Assembly (NCBI RefSeq): GCF_964355755.1
Contig: NC_092679.1
Span: 7,408,201-7,472,200, forward strand
DNA: 64,000 nucleotides
Source: Antedon mediterranea
Lineage: Eukaryota; Animalia; Echinodermata
Direction of reading: 5' to 3'
Below, piece after piece: positions 1 to 12,500 of this stretch. Positions within the stretch are counted from its first letter, which is position 1, and every line of letters begins with the position of its first letter. The notes below the pieces were generated by a model. That model saw only the letters and a list, made by a program, of their open reading frames with translations, searched no databases and was not told the DNA's origin. The position numbers and the translations under genes are program-made.

Positions 1-1449
1 GCTTTATTTCTAAGTGGCTCTGGGGAACCCCTACACTAACATCCCATGTGGGTTGTTTAGATGTTTGATTGTTTAAACTGTATTAATTTTGCTTGATACT
101 TAACTTGTTTTTTTTATATAATGATGTCTGAGAGAAAACAATTTTACTTGATTTTAATTTTAATCTCAATAGTTTAATTTCGTTACCTTTATTGTATACT
201 GTATCTTTTGTATGATCATGTTTTTTTAACATACTTGTTTGCCATGTGTATGGCTTGTGTTATGTTGGTACGTCACCTTGTGTTGGGTGGGATTGAACCT
301 TCGAGTAGTAATCGCAGGATTTCGAGAAACTTCTGAAGTGTAAACGGGCACTTCTGTACACCGACTATTGTGGGGATGGCCACCCTTCAATAGTAATCCA
401 TTTGGATAAATTTTTATTGGTTGTTTCTAATAATTCTGCATAACTTGCTCTCATTGGTTCAATCAGGTACAGGTATACTGTTGTGATATAACAGTTTCGT
501 TTTTTTATAAATGCCATTTAGTTAAGTTTTTTATTTTTGTTTTTTTATGTAATTCCCTATGATGTCATTTTCATTGTATAAATAGTGACTAAATGTACCG
601 GTGTATTTAGGTTTAGGTTAATGAATTTGTATATCACTGAGATTTAGCAGATAAATGGGGGGTGAGTGTAACAGGGTAACAGGTATGCTTATACCCAAAT
701 ACTTAAATGATTTATCTGCTGAATCTGACTTGAATCTGAGAAACCTTGTGGGACCCATTAAAGTAAAAGCTGGAATGATAAGTGACCATGCTATAAATAG
801 ATGAGTCACCTCATCCAAGTGGCGGGAAAATGGTCATGAATATTTAGTGTATAATGTTTCAGTATGGGTCAGTTCATAAATGGACAAGGGATTTTGTTAA
901 TTGATTTGCATTTTTAATAGTTTCTTTTTTTGTATAACCGAACTTTAAATTGATAATTACATGTGTATGACTCGAGTTACAATACAATCGTTCTGTAAAC
1001 TACGAAATAACGTTATGGTAAATGTATGTACCATCGGTTAAAAATGGTCATAGTACCCAACTGGGAATGGATGACACTTACTAGTGCCTAGCCCAAAGTG
1101 AAGGTTTTCATCTCCTTCTGACTGGTTACTAGGTAAGCATCTATATTTTTATCTCTCTTAATTTTAGAATTGTTTTACTATAGTTAATATAGTTGATTAG
1201 TTAATTGATTGTTATACTAGACACAACGCAATAGTAGCCTATACTGTCGTTAATGATACGATCGATCGATCACTGATATGTTATTTTAAATATAGTAACA
1301 CTGTTTTTGTTATATCTCCTTCTGACTGGTTACTAGCTTCAATAAAAGAATTTAACTTTTCCAAACCAAGAACTGTCTCTGTGGATGATTTTATTGTGTT
1401 TGTGCCAGTGCTGCAGCTCCTGAAAATACTACGCGATAAAGCTACGACG

Positions 1450-3662
1450 CTAGTAGTACGAACCTGTTACACCTGGAGCTTTACCCCTTTTCTGTGCTTT
1501 AATTGCATAAATTACCTCTTCCCGGCTGATTTCTTCATTGTAACAATCGTTATGTTCGCAATTGTTATCGTTATCGTCTTCTATATTGATTTCTTGTATA
1601 TTATTTGTTTGATTTTGGAACATTGTTTTGAAGTAATCATGCCATTTTTTAAGTGTAATGTTTGTCACGTTTTGTTGTCGTTTGGTTTTTCCAAAATTTT
1701 GTACTGTTATGTTCCTTTATTAACCTGATTAATTTTTGTTGTGATGAATTTTTATGTTATGTGATAATTTTTTATAACTCCTTTTCTTTAACAGATATTC
1801 CTTTAATAGGGTGTTAGTTTTGTATTTTCTATATTTATTAAGAATGCTACGAATAATAATTTTCTTTTTAATGCATTGACGATCAAACCATGTATTCTTG
1901 GGCAATTTTGTGCATTTTTTTTTGTATTTGTGTTTGTTTTTTTGTATTTATGTAAACATATTCTAAAGTTCTATAAAGGTTAATTAGGGCTTCATCAATA
2001 TCCTTTTTTCCAATATTTTCATTAATATCATCAAGAAATTTGAAAATTTGTTCATCATTCCATTTGTCTTTGGCTTTATTCACCTTTGTTTCGGACCATA
2101 AGAGTAAGAGAAATCAAGAGTATAGGACTATTTAAAAAAACAATTCATACTAATCTCCTCAAAAAATATTCTAATACCTAAAATCACAACGTATTATGAA
2201 CAAAATATTTTTCATTATCGATTTCTTTTTTTCTTTTTTTTATGAATGATCTATTCTGGTCATATTTTTTAAATTGTTATTACATGTATAATAATATATA
2301 TATATATTTTTTTTTATTCAACTGTCATTTATGATTATTGCTTATTGTCTCTATTGTTTACATATATATTTACTAATTGTTATTGTTTTTATTGTAATTT
2401 ATTTATTTATTTAATTTTTCCAATTTTTAATTCTTACATAGGACATCACATTTTAAAGCTTTGCTTATAGTGATGCCCGATTCAATCAATCAATATATAA
2501 CTTTTGCTTAAAACCATGTTCAACTGTAGGCCGTTGCCAATATACAGTAATCTCTCTAAACAATGCTACTTTTAATACTTACAATATTATATGTTTTCAT
2601 CTTTTCCATTGATTGTAAACCTCTAACTAAACTTTCCAGTATTTTATTATTCAACTTCTGTTTCCAATAATAGTCAATATAAACAATTAATTTTTATTTT
2701 ATCATTACTGTAAATAATCATTGTATATATTTTATAATTTATATTTATATTGGTCTTGTTTTTTTTGTTTGTAAAAATCTACTGTAATATTATACCTTAT
2801 TGTGGTTACCATTATAACAAATGTACGATTGATTGAATAAAGTTCACATATAAAAAAAAAAAAAAAAAAACCATTGAAATGTTTCATGTGTTTTCCAGAT
2901 TTCTTTTTTTAAATCGTTCGTAATTTCTTTTTTGTTTTAAAAAATGTAAAGGCATATGGTCGGATTCTATCCTAATATCCACGTTTGGTCTTATTATTTT
3001 ATCAAAAGTAATAATATAATCAACAACACTTTTGCCAAAATTTCCTAAAAAAGTAAAGCACCTACTAAATTCCCTATTTATCCTACCATTTACTATTCTC
3101 ATCCCGGTTTCTTTACAATGACTTAACAAAATTAGTTCCATATTCATTGACTATTTGATCTTCATTACTTCTAACACCTATATTACTATCTATTTCTATT
3201 ATCTTTATATATATCATTATCCCAATTGGGTGGACATTCATCTTCTGTAATAAAATCATTCATTGTACCTGTTCTTCCATTAAAATCTCCCATTACATAT
3301 ATATTATTTCCAAACTTTTTTTTTTAATTTGTTAGGTCATTAGAAATAGTTCCAAAAAAATCTTGATTATTTATACTGTAGCATGTGTTGAATTAACTGG
3401 TGGTCTATAAACCACTGCTAAGGCGATATTTTCAGAATTATGCTTGATAGATAACCAACATATATAATTTGATGTACTGGGAAGTTCTTTAACGTCTAAA
3501 TTTGTTTTATAATAAATAATAATGCCGCCACTCTTTCTACCCCCTGCTTTATGTCTTATGGGCAATTTACTATACAGTCATATCCTTCTATATAACAATT
3601 TTCTACAAGTCCCGTCCATGTTTCTACTAAACATACAATATCATATTTTTTAATACATAGTT
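1450..3662 (-). mobile_element. Degraded non-LTR retrotransposon (LINE) ORF2 fragment: APE endonuclease plus linker, interrupted by a nested insertion
   Basis: Minus-strand translation gives APE motifs YDIVCLVETW, GGRKSGGIIIYYK, LAVVYRPP, MGDFNGRTG, SVVDYII and ESDHMPL, then the pre-RT linker EISREEVIYAIKAQKRGKAPG. It contains many stops and frameshifts. Confidence 0.85.
2100..2870 (+). mobile_element. 3' end of a second LINE (CR1/L2-like) nested in the first, ending in poly(A)
   Basis: REIKSIGLFKKTIHTNLLKKY resembles an ORF2 C-terminus. AATAAA at ~2836 is followed by an A-run at 2852-2870. Confidence 0.5.
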
Positions 3663-3688
3663 CAGTGTCTGTCTGTTTATCTCAACAG

Positions 3689-4895
3689 CATAAAATCCCA
3701 AGCAGAGCACTTGACATCGGATGTGCAGTTGGTCGTACATCATTTGAACTGACGAAAGGTTTTAAGGATGTGATAGGTATTGATTACAGTCATGCGTTCG
3801 TTGAAGCATGCAATATGATGAAGGCAAACGGCAGTATAGAGTATAGCATACAAGAGGAGTGGCGGTTAATGACGCCCTGTACGGCTGTAGTTGATTCAAA
3901 CATTGTAAGTCCTGCAACCATAAAAATTGTAGGAAGTTTTACAGGGAAGAGAGTGGTCCACATGATCTGTATGTGTTGAAGAAGGGTGTTTGGGATAGCA
4001 AAAACAAAGGAGTTATTATTACTAGAGGCATTGTTTCATTACTAATGGCGAAAGTGTGGTCCATGTGTCGTGTTTGGGAGGGTTGATTTGGGGGTAGAAA
4101 AAGGTTATTTAATACACTAATCAAAATCTGTCTTCACAGGATCGTAGCAAAGTGACGTTCCAACAAGGCGATGCGTGTAACCTGCCTCTCGATCTAGGCC
4201 AGTTTGGTTGTGTTGTGGCTGCTAATCTCATTTGTAGACTACACACCCCTGTAGACTTCTTAAATCGTCTATCAAGCCTGGTTGCTCCTGGTGGAATCTT
4301 GTTGATTACATCCCCATACACTTTTAGTCCTGAATATACTCCAAAGGTAAGGTGATCAATAAACTTGTAAATATATAAATATCAGCAAACTTTATAAAAG
4401 TCTGACCACACCATAGAGTGTGCTATATTTAAATCCAAACTTAAAGTGGGCTTTAACAATTATATTTGTATTTTATTTTCAAAACACACCCAACGAGAAG
4501 CCAATTACAGGATGCCTTATGATATCAAACAACAAATAAAACTATCATATATATATACTCAGAAAAAGTAAAAAAACAGAGTCATCATCTATATTAAACA
4601 ATATGCTAGACGCTTTCCAAAATGGGCCTAGTAGAGCCTACATGGACTATCAACTATCAAACACAATTAGTTAATTATAACAAATAATGTCATGTTTATT
4701 TTTCAGAAACACATGCTTGGGGGATTCAAAGATAAATACGGCAATCCAGTGTGGGCCTCCGAAACATTACTAAAGGTGTTAGGAGTAAACTTTGAACAAA
4801 TTGAAAACAAAGAAATGCCGTTCTTTATACGAGAGACTGCGCACAAGAACCAGTGGACCGTAGCGTGCGTTACTATTTGGAAGAGAAAAGAGTGA
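3689..4895 (+). CDS. ovoA: OvoA (ovothiol A synthase)-type C-terminal SAM-dependent methyltransferase domain, last three exons (3689-3904, 4140-4346, 4707-4895); 5' exons are not in the window
   Basis: The spliced peptide contains RALDIGCAVGRTSFEL, IGIDYSHAFV, DRSKVTFQQGDACNLP, AANLICRLH, PGGILLITSPYT and MPFFIRETAHKNQWTV. AG/GT boundaries are canonical and keep frame, the stop is at 4893-4895, and AATAAA occurs at ~5043 and ~5331. Confidence 0.85.
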
Positions 4896-5650
4896 AGTTA
4901 ATTTTAGAACAATACAATTAGAGTGTAATTTGACAGAGGTCAGATGTTAGGTTTAACCTAATAATACCTATGTTATGAAATGTGGTGATGTTAGAAGTTC
5001 ATGCAGTATTTCTAGGAGATGTAGGCCTATATTAGGGTTATTAATAAAGTTATTTATTTGGGATTTGCATGAGATGTGTTACTTTACGTTCAAAGTGTGT
5101 TGTCAATACAGAGAATGGGAATTCTGTAAGTAAATAGTAAAAATACTATTTCTTTGATGCAGGTTTTGAGGAATGAGGTAGCTAGTTGTTTGTCGTTCTT
5201 CCCCATTCCATATGTGTAACATCTATGAAAGGTTAACTTCAGTACCTGGATCATGTGTTCCCTAATTCACAGCAAATGTTTAAATGTTATATGCAATATG
5301 AATATATTATTATATAGATAAAATGTCGTCAATAAATTGATTATCAAAATCTCATTGTTTACTGTGTATTTATAAGGTAATTGAAGTGCCGCTACCTTTG
5401 AATCCACCTCTAGAAAATGACTAGATAGATGACACACAAGGGGACCAACGAGCGCGGTGATTTAGTGAACCATGGCTGGTATCACGTCATCGCGTCATAT
5501 CAAACATATCAATCAATTTCAAGTATTGATTTTGGCTATGCGATTTGTGTATACCATAAACATGTGATAATAAATGTTGATTACACATTATGCAACGTAT
5601 AACGTATTACACCCAATCCTCAACATCAACCCAGATTTTCTTTTTCGTGT

Positions 5651-5926
5651 GACACCCAACTCATTTAATATTCTCTCAATGATGCACAAAATGTTTCATG
5701 TATCAACACAATGTTGATTGACACCCAACAACTCATTTAATATTCTCTTAATGATGCACAAAATGTTTCCTGTATCAACACAATGTTGATTGACACCAAC
5801 TCATTTAATAATCTCTTAATGATGCACAAAATGTTTCCTGTACCAACACAATGTTGATTGACACCAACTCATTTAATAATCTCTTAATGATGCACAAAAT
5901 GTTTCATGTATCAACAGAATGTTGAT
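5651..5926. repeat. Tandem repeat, ~68-bp unit, ~4 copies
   Basis: The unit gacaccaactcatttaataatctcttaatgatgcacaaaatgtttcctgtatcaacacaatgttgatt recurs (e.g. 5792, 5860). Confidence 0.9.
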
Positions 5927-6592
5927 AAAAAATGATTTAGTTATACCAAGGCAATAATGATAAACTACAACATTCATTAAAATGTTTCGAAAACACATAG
6001 TGTTTATTCCTTCGTAAATACCAACCATGAATGTATCAATTCAACCTTTCATTATAGTGTTTTATTCTAAATAATAATTGAATTGTAAATCTCCTTTTCT
6101 ATTTGGCTGACTTGAAATCGTACAGTACTTGACTTGTTCTTAACCAGTATATTTGGAGAGTTAATCCCACAGAATGATGTATGTTCTTTATTGTTATTGT
6201 TTAAGTTATCCGATGTTGTCATTGTGTATTTTATAATAATTGTTATTTAATAATGCAATTGCGCGCGTACAAAAGCCATCCGTTATGCGTGTAAGTTTTG
6301 TCTTTTTGATGTTCATCACACTGACGAAATATCAATACGTCTCTCGCATTTAAATTATTAGTCCCGATTGCTAATTCGTTCAAACAACAACAACGCCCCT
6401 GGTTCACGCTTTTATATAAGTAAACATGGTTAATACTTAATCTCAGACTTTGCCCTTTTACTAATAAACCAATAATTTCAAACATTTGAATAGCGTCCGT
6501 GCAGTTGCTCATCCAAAAACGTTGAAGTTTCACCAACAAATCTCAGTGTGAATGGATTAGTTTCTTAATTCAGTTGATTGATTCATTTAAAG

Positions 6593-9500
6593 ATGTATTA
6601 CAGTGGGAGTACCGACCGTATGAATACGACAAGTCGTAGCTATGCGAGTACCGACCGTATGAACACGACAAGTCGCAGCTACACGTCTTCGTCGTCGTAT
6701 TCGTCCCTTCCCAGAAGGACACCGCAGCAAAGGCCACGGCGCGGAAACCAAAGGTATGGAACGCCAGACTCACCGACAGTACGTGGACTTATGTCCCAGT
6801 CTGCTAAATTTGCGGGAGAATACGGATCATGTGATTTTCAAGATGGATTGGAAATATTTGTTTTTGGTAGGTATATTGTTTTACATTTAACGTTTTTAAC
6901 GAAGACAATGTGCTCTAACTGAATAATCTACGTGCAAAAAAAGTTTCCCGGATAATGCACCAACCCACAACCTTCAGTAAACTGTATAGTAGGTCTCCTA
7001 AACGGACACAAACTTATAATAATTATTATTATTTAATTATCCTATATGCCTAATTAAAGATGATGACATTACGTTTGAACATTTCATACGTTTGTCTTAA
7101 GTAGGTGTAATCGTTGTAGATAGGCAAGGTGGTAATGGTCAGTGCGATCTGAGCCATATTCACTACTTATTCCCTTAAATAACACCAAGTATTTCACTTA
7201 TGTCAATATAATATTTAAGAATAAGTGGCATTCACTTTACTTTAATTTCACTTTATTTTAAGTACAATTGTTGAAATTGACCACGTACCCTAGCGGTATA
7301 ACCTAAAAAATAAAGTAAGATGTGTAGAAAAAAAAAAGATAATATTTTATTAATTTTGTGAAACTTGCTTCGGCTATATTTATACAAATTTGGCAATTGC
7401 GCATAATTCCAATTAAGTTAACAATGAGTTCTCATGGTAGCATGTCATACCACTTAGAGAATTAACAGTTTTGCCCTTAACGAAACAATTGCGTCCCACA
7501 CGACACAAAATGATTCATGTACAAATGTTGATTGTATTACTGTACTATACAGCAATCACTATCTGCGGTGACATGTTAACCAATATAACGATTTTTCAAA
7601 TACCGATGTTATCAATAAACAAATATTTGTAACGCCTCACTTTGTGGTGTACTAGAGATCCAATCTTCAGTTGAAATCCCTGGGATATACCGTTTATTTC
7701 CGTAAGCAGATGTAGGCCTACATGAAGTAATGTGTTGTTACTACTAATCTATACAAACAATATTTAATGATGGTGACACGCTCTACATAAACAAAGTCTT
7801 ATTACAAGTCTTTGGGAGTGGAGTTGTAATTTTGTCCTTAGAAAAAATCCTGACATGTGACGGGACTTGAACCCAGGACCCTTGGATAAATAAACTGTAA
7901 AAAAGACCGGTAATTATCCTACTTGAACGTAATCAAGTTCATTATTATTCTCACTCTTCTCTAATATATTGTATTTTTAATTGGTTCGATACCTGAACTC
8001 TAACCATTATCATCAGTATCATTTTTTATATCACTTTTAAAATTATGTAGAACATTTTCTGGAAATGTCAGTGGATGATAAACGAGTAAAAAAGAAAAAC
8101 AGAACTTATGTTGAGTTAAATGAACTTACACATTGGTCTAAGTATGCACTAACAGAAAAGATACCAAAGGCAGGTGAGGAATATACATTGATTCTGATTG
8201 GTCAACCGTCTAGCGAATAGCAAACAATCACGTGCATTTGGGGAAACAAAAGCATGTGGAAAATATGTATTGATTCTGATTGGTCAGCAGTCTATTGCTA
8301 ATTTCAAGCGCGTTTGAAATGTTTTGAATAACGATACAGCCACGTGTTTTTTAATACAAGAGCACAGTAAATATGATATTAAAAACTGCTGCTTCGTAAT
8401 AATATATCACAATCAAATATATCACAATAAAACCTATACTAATCAACTTTTCCAATATCATGTCAATGCTTAATATCTAATAACATAACTATTGTACATT
8501 ATACTTCATCAGATGAAATTTTCTTCAAGCCTAACCCCAAACTCAATACAAAACTATGTCTATGGTTAGGAGACATAACGAGTCTCTGTGTTGATGCAAT
8601 CGTTAACCCAACAAACGGACCTCTTAAGGGAGGACCTGGCTTAAATGGTGAGATACATTCACGAGCTGGACCGTTAATGCGACAAGAATGCTTGGAACAT
8701 CCAATCTTACCTGGAAAGAGAATGATTCGACTTGAGACCGGTTATGCCATCGTCACGTGTGGTACGTAAATTAATTCCATTAAAATATATTTCTTGAATG
8801 ATTCAGCTAGTTGTGCCATATATTACGTCGTAAAAAGATTTCACTTGAGAAAATACAGTTAGAGAATACTACGGCTAGAGACTGTATATGCAATAGTCTG
8901 AGTACGTAAATTACGTTTGATAAAATAAGACGATTCAGACTGAGACTGGTTGTTCTATCGTTGTTATCGTACGTAAAGAATGACATAAATATGATTCAGG
9001 CAGAATATTCAAAATAATAATGTGTGAATCGAACCGTTAACAGTTTCAGTCAGTGGTGACGGCAGTGGAGGGCTATAGTAATCCATTTACGCAAGTCACT
9101 AAAAAGTGTTACATATTTACTAAAACGTCGTAGTATCGTCAATACTCCTCCAAATCGGGCAAACCCGGGTTTCATATTTGATGAGACGGGTACACATCAC
9201 CAGGGTAGGCTTAACTTTTTGTTTCTCATTCTCTAATAACGTATGTATTTTTCAAAATTTCACAGGTTATTGGCTTCCAGCTAAATGTAAGTTTTAACAT
9301 TCATTCTACAGTATTTGTGTAGCCATAAATACTATTCGTTTTGACAAATTTACCATACAGCAACATTCTAAAACTCTGTCTACACTATTAAACTTTGTGA
9401 CAAAAAAATGTTATGTGCCCATATACCACTACCATATTACATATATACTAGGCCTACACACTTTTTTTGTCAAACTAGTTTGATAGTGTAGACAGAGCTT

Positions 9501-12500
9501 AAGTACGCAACGAAATGACGTATAGCTCAACGCAAGCGAGTTGACCAATGACAAGCGACAGGTCGAATAATCCATCGTCTGTGATTGGTCATGCTTGTGT
9601 TACGATTACCTCTTGCAGGCCCGTAGCCAGGGGGGGTTTTTATGGTTCGGGCGAACCCCCCCCCCCCCCCTTTACAGCGAACCCCCCTTAACCGACTGCG
9701 AACCCCCATCCCCGACATGCCCAATACCTCACCCTCATCTCCGAAAATCGTCCAAATACGTGCCCCACAGTACAAAAAGTTGTTCGTAAATTAAAAAATT
9801 CGTAAACTCGTTCGGAATAACTCATACAGTACCTTCTTCCCTGTATGAGCGTACTTCGAGCGATATAGTCTGTAAATTTCTAAGAGTTGCAAATGAATTG
9901 CCGATTTTAACCTGAAAAATAAATGTTTGGTCCCTGCATTCAACATGATATTGACGCGTCTCACAGCGAGCTGGGGGACGAACGATTCGTACAAAGGAAA
10001 GGACACCGCCAGACAACTGCGTACCAATTGTTTAGATCACTGGCAGTCAGGCAGCATGCATAAAGTATATAGCCTTCCGACATACATCAGTATTTATGTG
10101 TGGCTATGAAGTATAATGTATCATAGAGGATTATAGTGAATATTAATATTTTACACTATAATATCTATGGTATCATGTACTGTAGTTCACATTATGGCAT
10201 CCGATTATATTTTTCTAGACCACCAGCCGATACGTACTCAAATGTATCAATATCACCTATTTACATTGGCATATTTAATTTCCTCAACAAATTGCTGTAA
10301 ATAAATATTATAGATAGAGCTATAATAAGAATTGCATTTTCCTTCACCCAGTGTGCTTTTTTCGGGGCTTCTCCTAGACGTACGTTCGCATTGAACTTGA
10401 ACGCAAAACAAAATATCGAGTAAAATGATCTAACAATCGGCGGTTCCGCACAGAGCACGCGCATCTAACATACGGCAACAAATGTTATCGTTTAAATAGT
10501 CCACGAGTCCAAGTACGATCGTTTTGCTCATTGTAGCATGCTGCATGAGAGTGTCTTTTCCGGCCATCTAGGGGTGTCATTTAACAAAATTTGCTTCGCC
10601 GATACGTACTCAAATGTATCAATATCACCTATTTACATTGGCATATTTAATTTCCTCAACAAATTGCTGTAAATAAATATTATAGATAGAGCTATAATAA
10701 GAATTGCATTTGCCTTCACCCAGTGTGCTTTTTTCGGGGCTTCTCCTAGACGTATGTTCGCATTGAACTTGAACGCAAAACAAAATATCGAGTAAATGAT
10801 CAAACAATCGGCGGTTCCGCACAGAGCACGCGCATCTAACATACGGCAACAAATGTTATCGTTTAAATAGTCCACGAGTCCAAGTACGATCGTTTTGCTC
10901 ATTGGTAGAATGCTGCATGAGAGTGTCTTTTCCGGCCATCAAGGGGTGTCATTTAACAAAATTTGCTTCGCCGATACGTACTCAAATGTATCAATATCAC
11001 CTATTTACATTGGCATATTTAATTTCCTCAACAAATTGCTGTAAATAAATATTATAGATAGAGCTATAATAAGAATTGCATTTTCCTTCACCCAGTGTGC
11101 TTTTTTCGGGGCTTCTCCTAGACGTACGTTCGCATTGAACTTGAACGCAAAACAAAATATCGAGTAAATGATCTAACAATCGGCGGTTCCGCACAGAGCA
11201 CGCGCATCTAACATACGGCAACAAATGTTATCGTTTAAATAGTCCACGGGTCCAAGTACGATCGTTTTGCTCATTGGTAGCATGCTGCATGAGAGTGTCT
11301 TTTCCGGCCATCTAGGGGTGTCATTTAACAAAATTTGCTTCGCCTCAGGCCCCACCCCAGGGGGGGGGGGTAGGTATGGGGGTGGGGTGACCCAAATACT
11401 TAGTGTGCGAACCCCCCCTTGACAGATCCTGGCTACGGCCCTGTCTTGCGCTGCGACATACTGAAAATCAAGCTTTATACTATATTTAAAACTTAAACGT
11501 TGAAAAATTTATTTATTAAACTTTCACATATTCTAGATGTTATCCATACAGTTGGTCCAACTGTCAACGATGATGTGAAGGAGATCCACCAAAACCTTCT
11601 AAGCAGTTGCTACCACGAATGTATGGAAGTCGTCAAAATGCATAATGAACGATACTACCGGATAAGCAGATTCCGGGAAAGAGAACGCAGCGAAGACGAG
11701 AAGAATAAGAAAACGTTACAAAAACTAGGCTTGGAAAAAACTGAAGTTGAAGATGATAAACAACCAATTGGAATAGAGTATTCTGAGGCGTCACAGGGGA
11801 ACGTGTTCCTGAAACCACCAATCAAATCGGTAGCGTTCCCATGTATATCAACCGGTATCTATGGTAAGCTTCTCTTTCATTTCTTCCCTTCTTCCTTCCC
11901 ATTCTTACCTTGTGTATTATGTTAACTTTGTTTTGTCTAATATGTTACTTTTATTTCTTCCACTGCATTTTCCCATGATCCTTATCTTGCGTCTAAAACC
12001 ACTCATTCTTTTTATCTAATAGGTTACCCTCATGACCAAGCGGCTGATGTTGCAATGATGACGGTACGAAAATGGTTGGATAATCCGCATAACTACGAAG
12101 CGGTAAGTCATTGTTATTCATTTCTGATATATCAAGGATAATGAACTTATCTATCTGATCATCTTTCTTTGAAATTGAAGAATAACTTGCACTCGTTCAT
12201 CTCCTCTTTTTGACAGATCGAAGACCTGGATATGATAATAATATGTGTAATGTCCGAACACGACAAACGTATTTATAACGAGACCCTTCCAAAATACTTT
12301 CCAATTTACGATGGAAAACTTCGGAAAACTAGTCACATCTCCAGTAGTACTCCTCCGAGAGTAAAGGCAAAAGTAGTCGCCGCTGCAGAGAAGAGAACAG
12401 CGTTAAACAAGGCAGCAGCAGCCGAAACACACGAAGCAAAGGTCACCACGTTTAGTAGCAGTCCTGGTGCTCACCCTAGGACACAGGAAACAAAGACAAC

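Noticed and set aside
1370-1420. Kinase catalytic-loop-like KIIHRD on the minus strand
   Set aside because: It is not followed by LKxxN or DFG and a stop follows shortly, so it is probably chance.
10261-11355. Repeated small minus-strand ORFs
   Set aside because: They are by-products of the 372-bp tandem repeat in a non-autonomous transposon, with no recognisable domain and inconsistent frames between copies.
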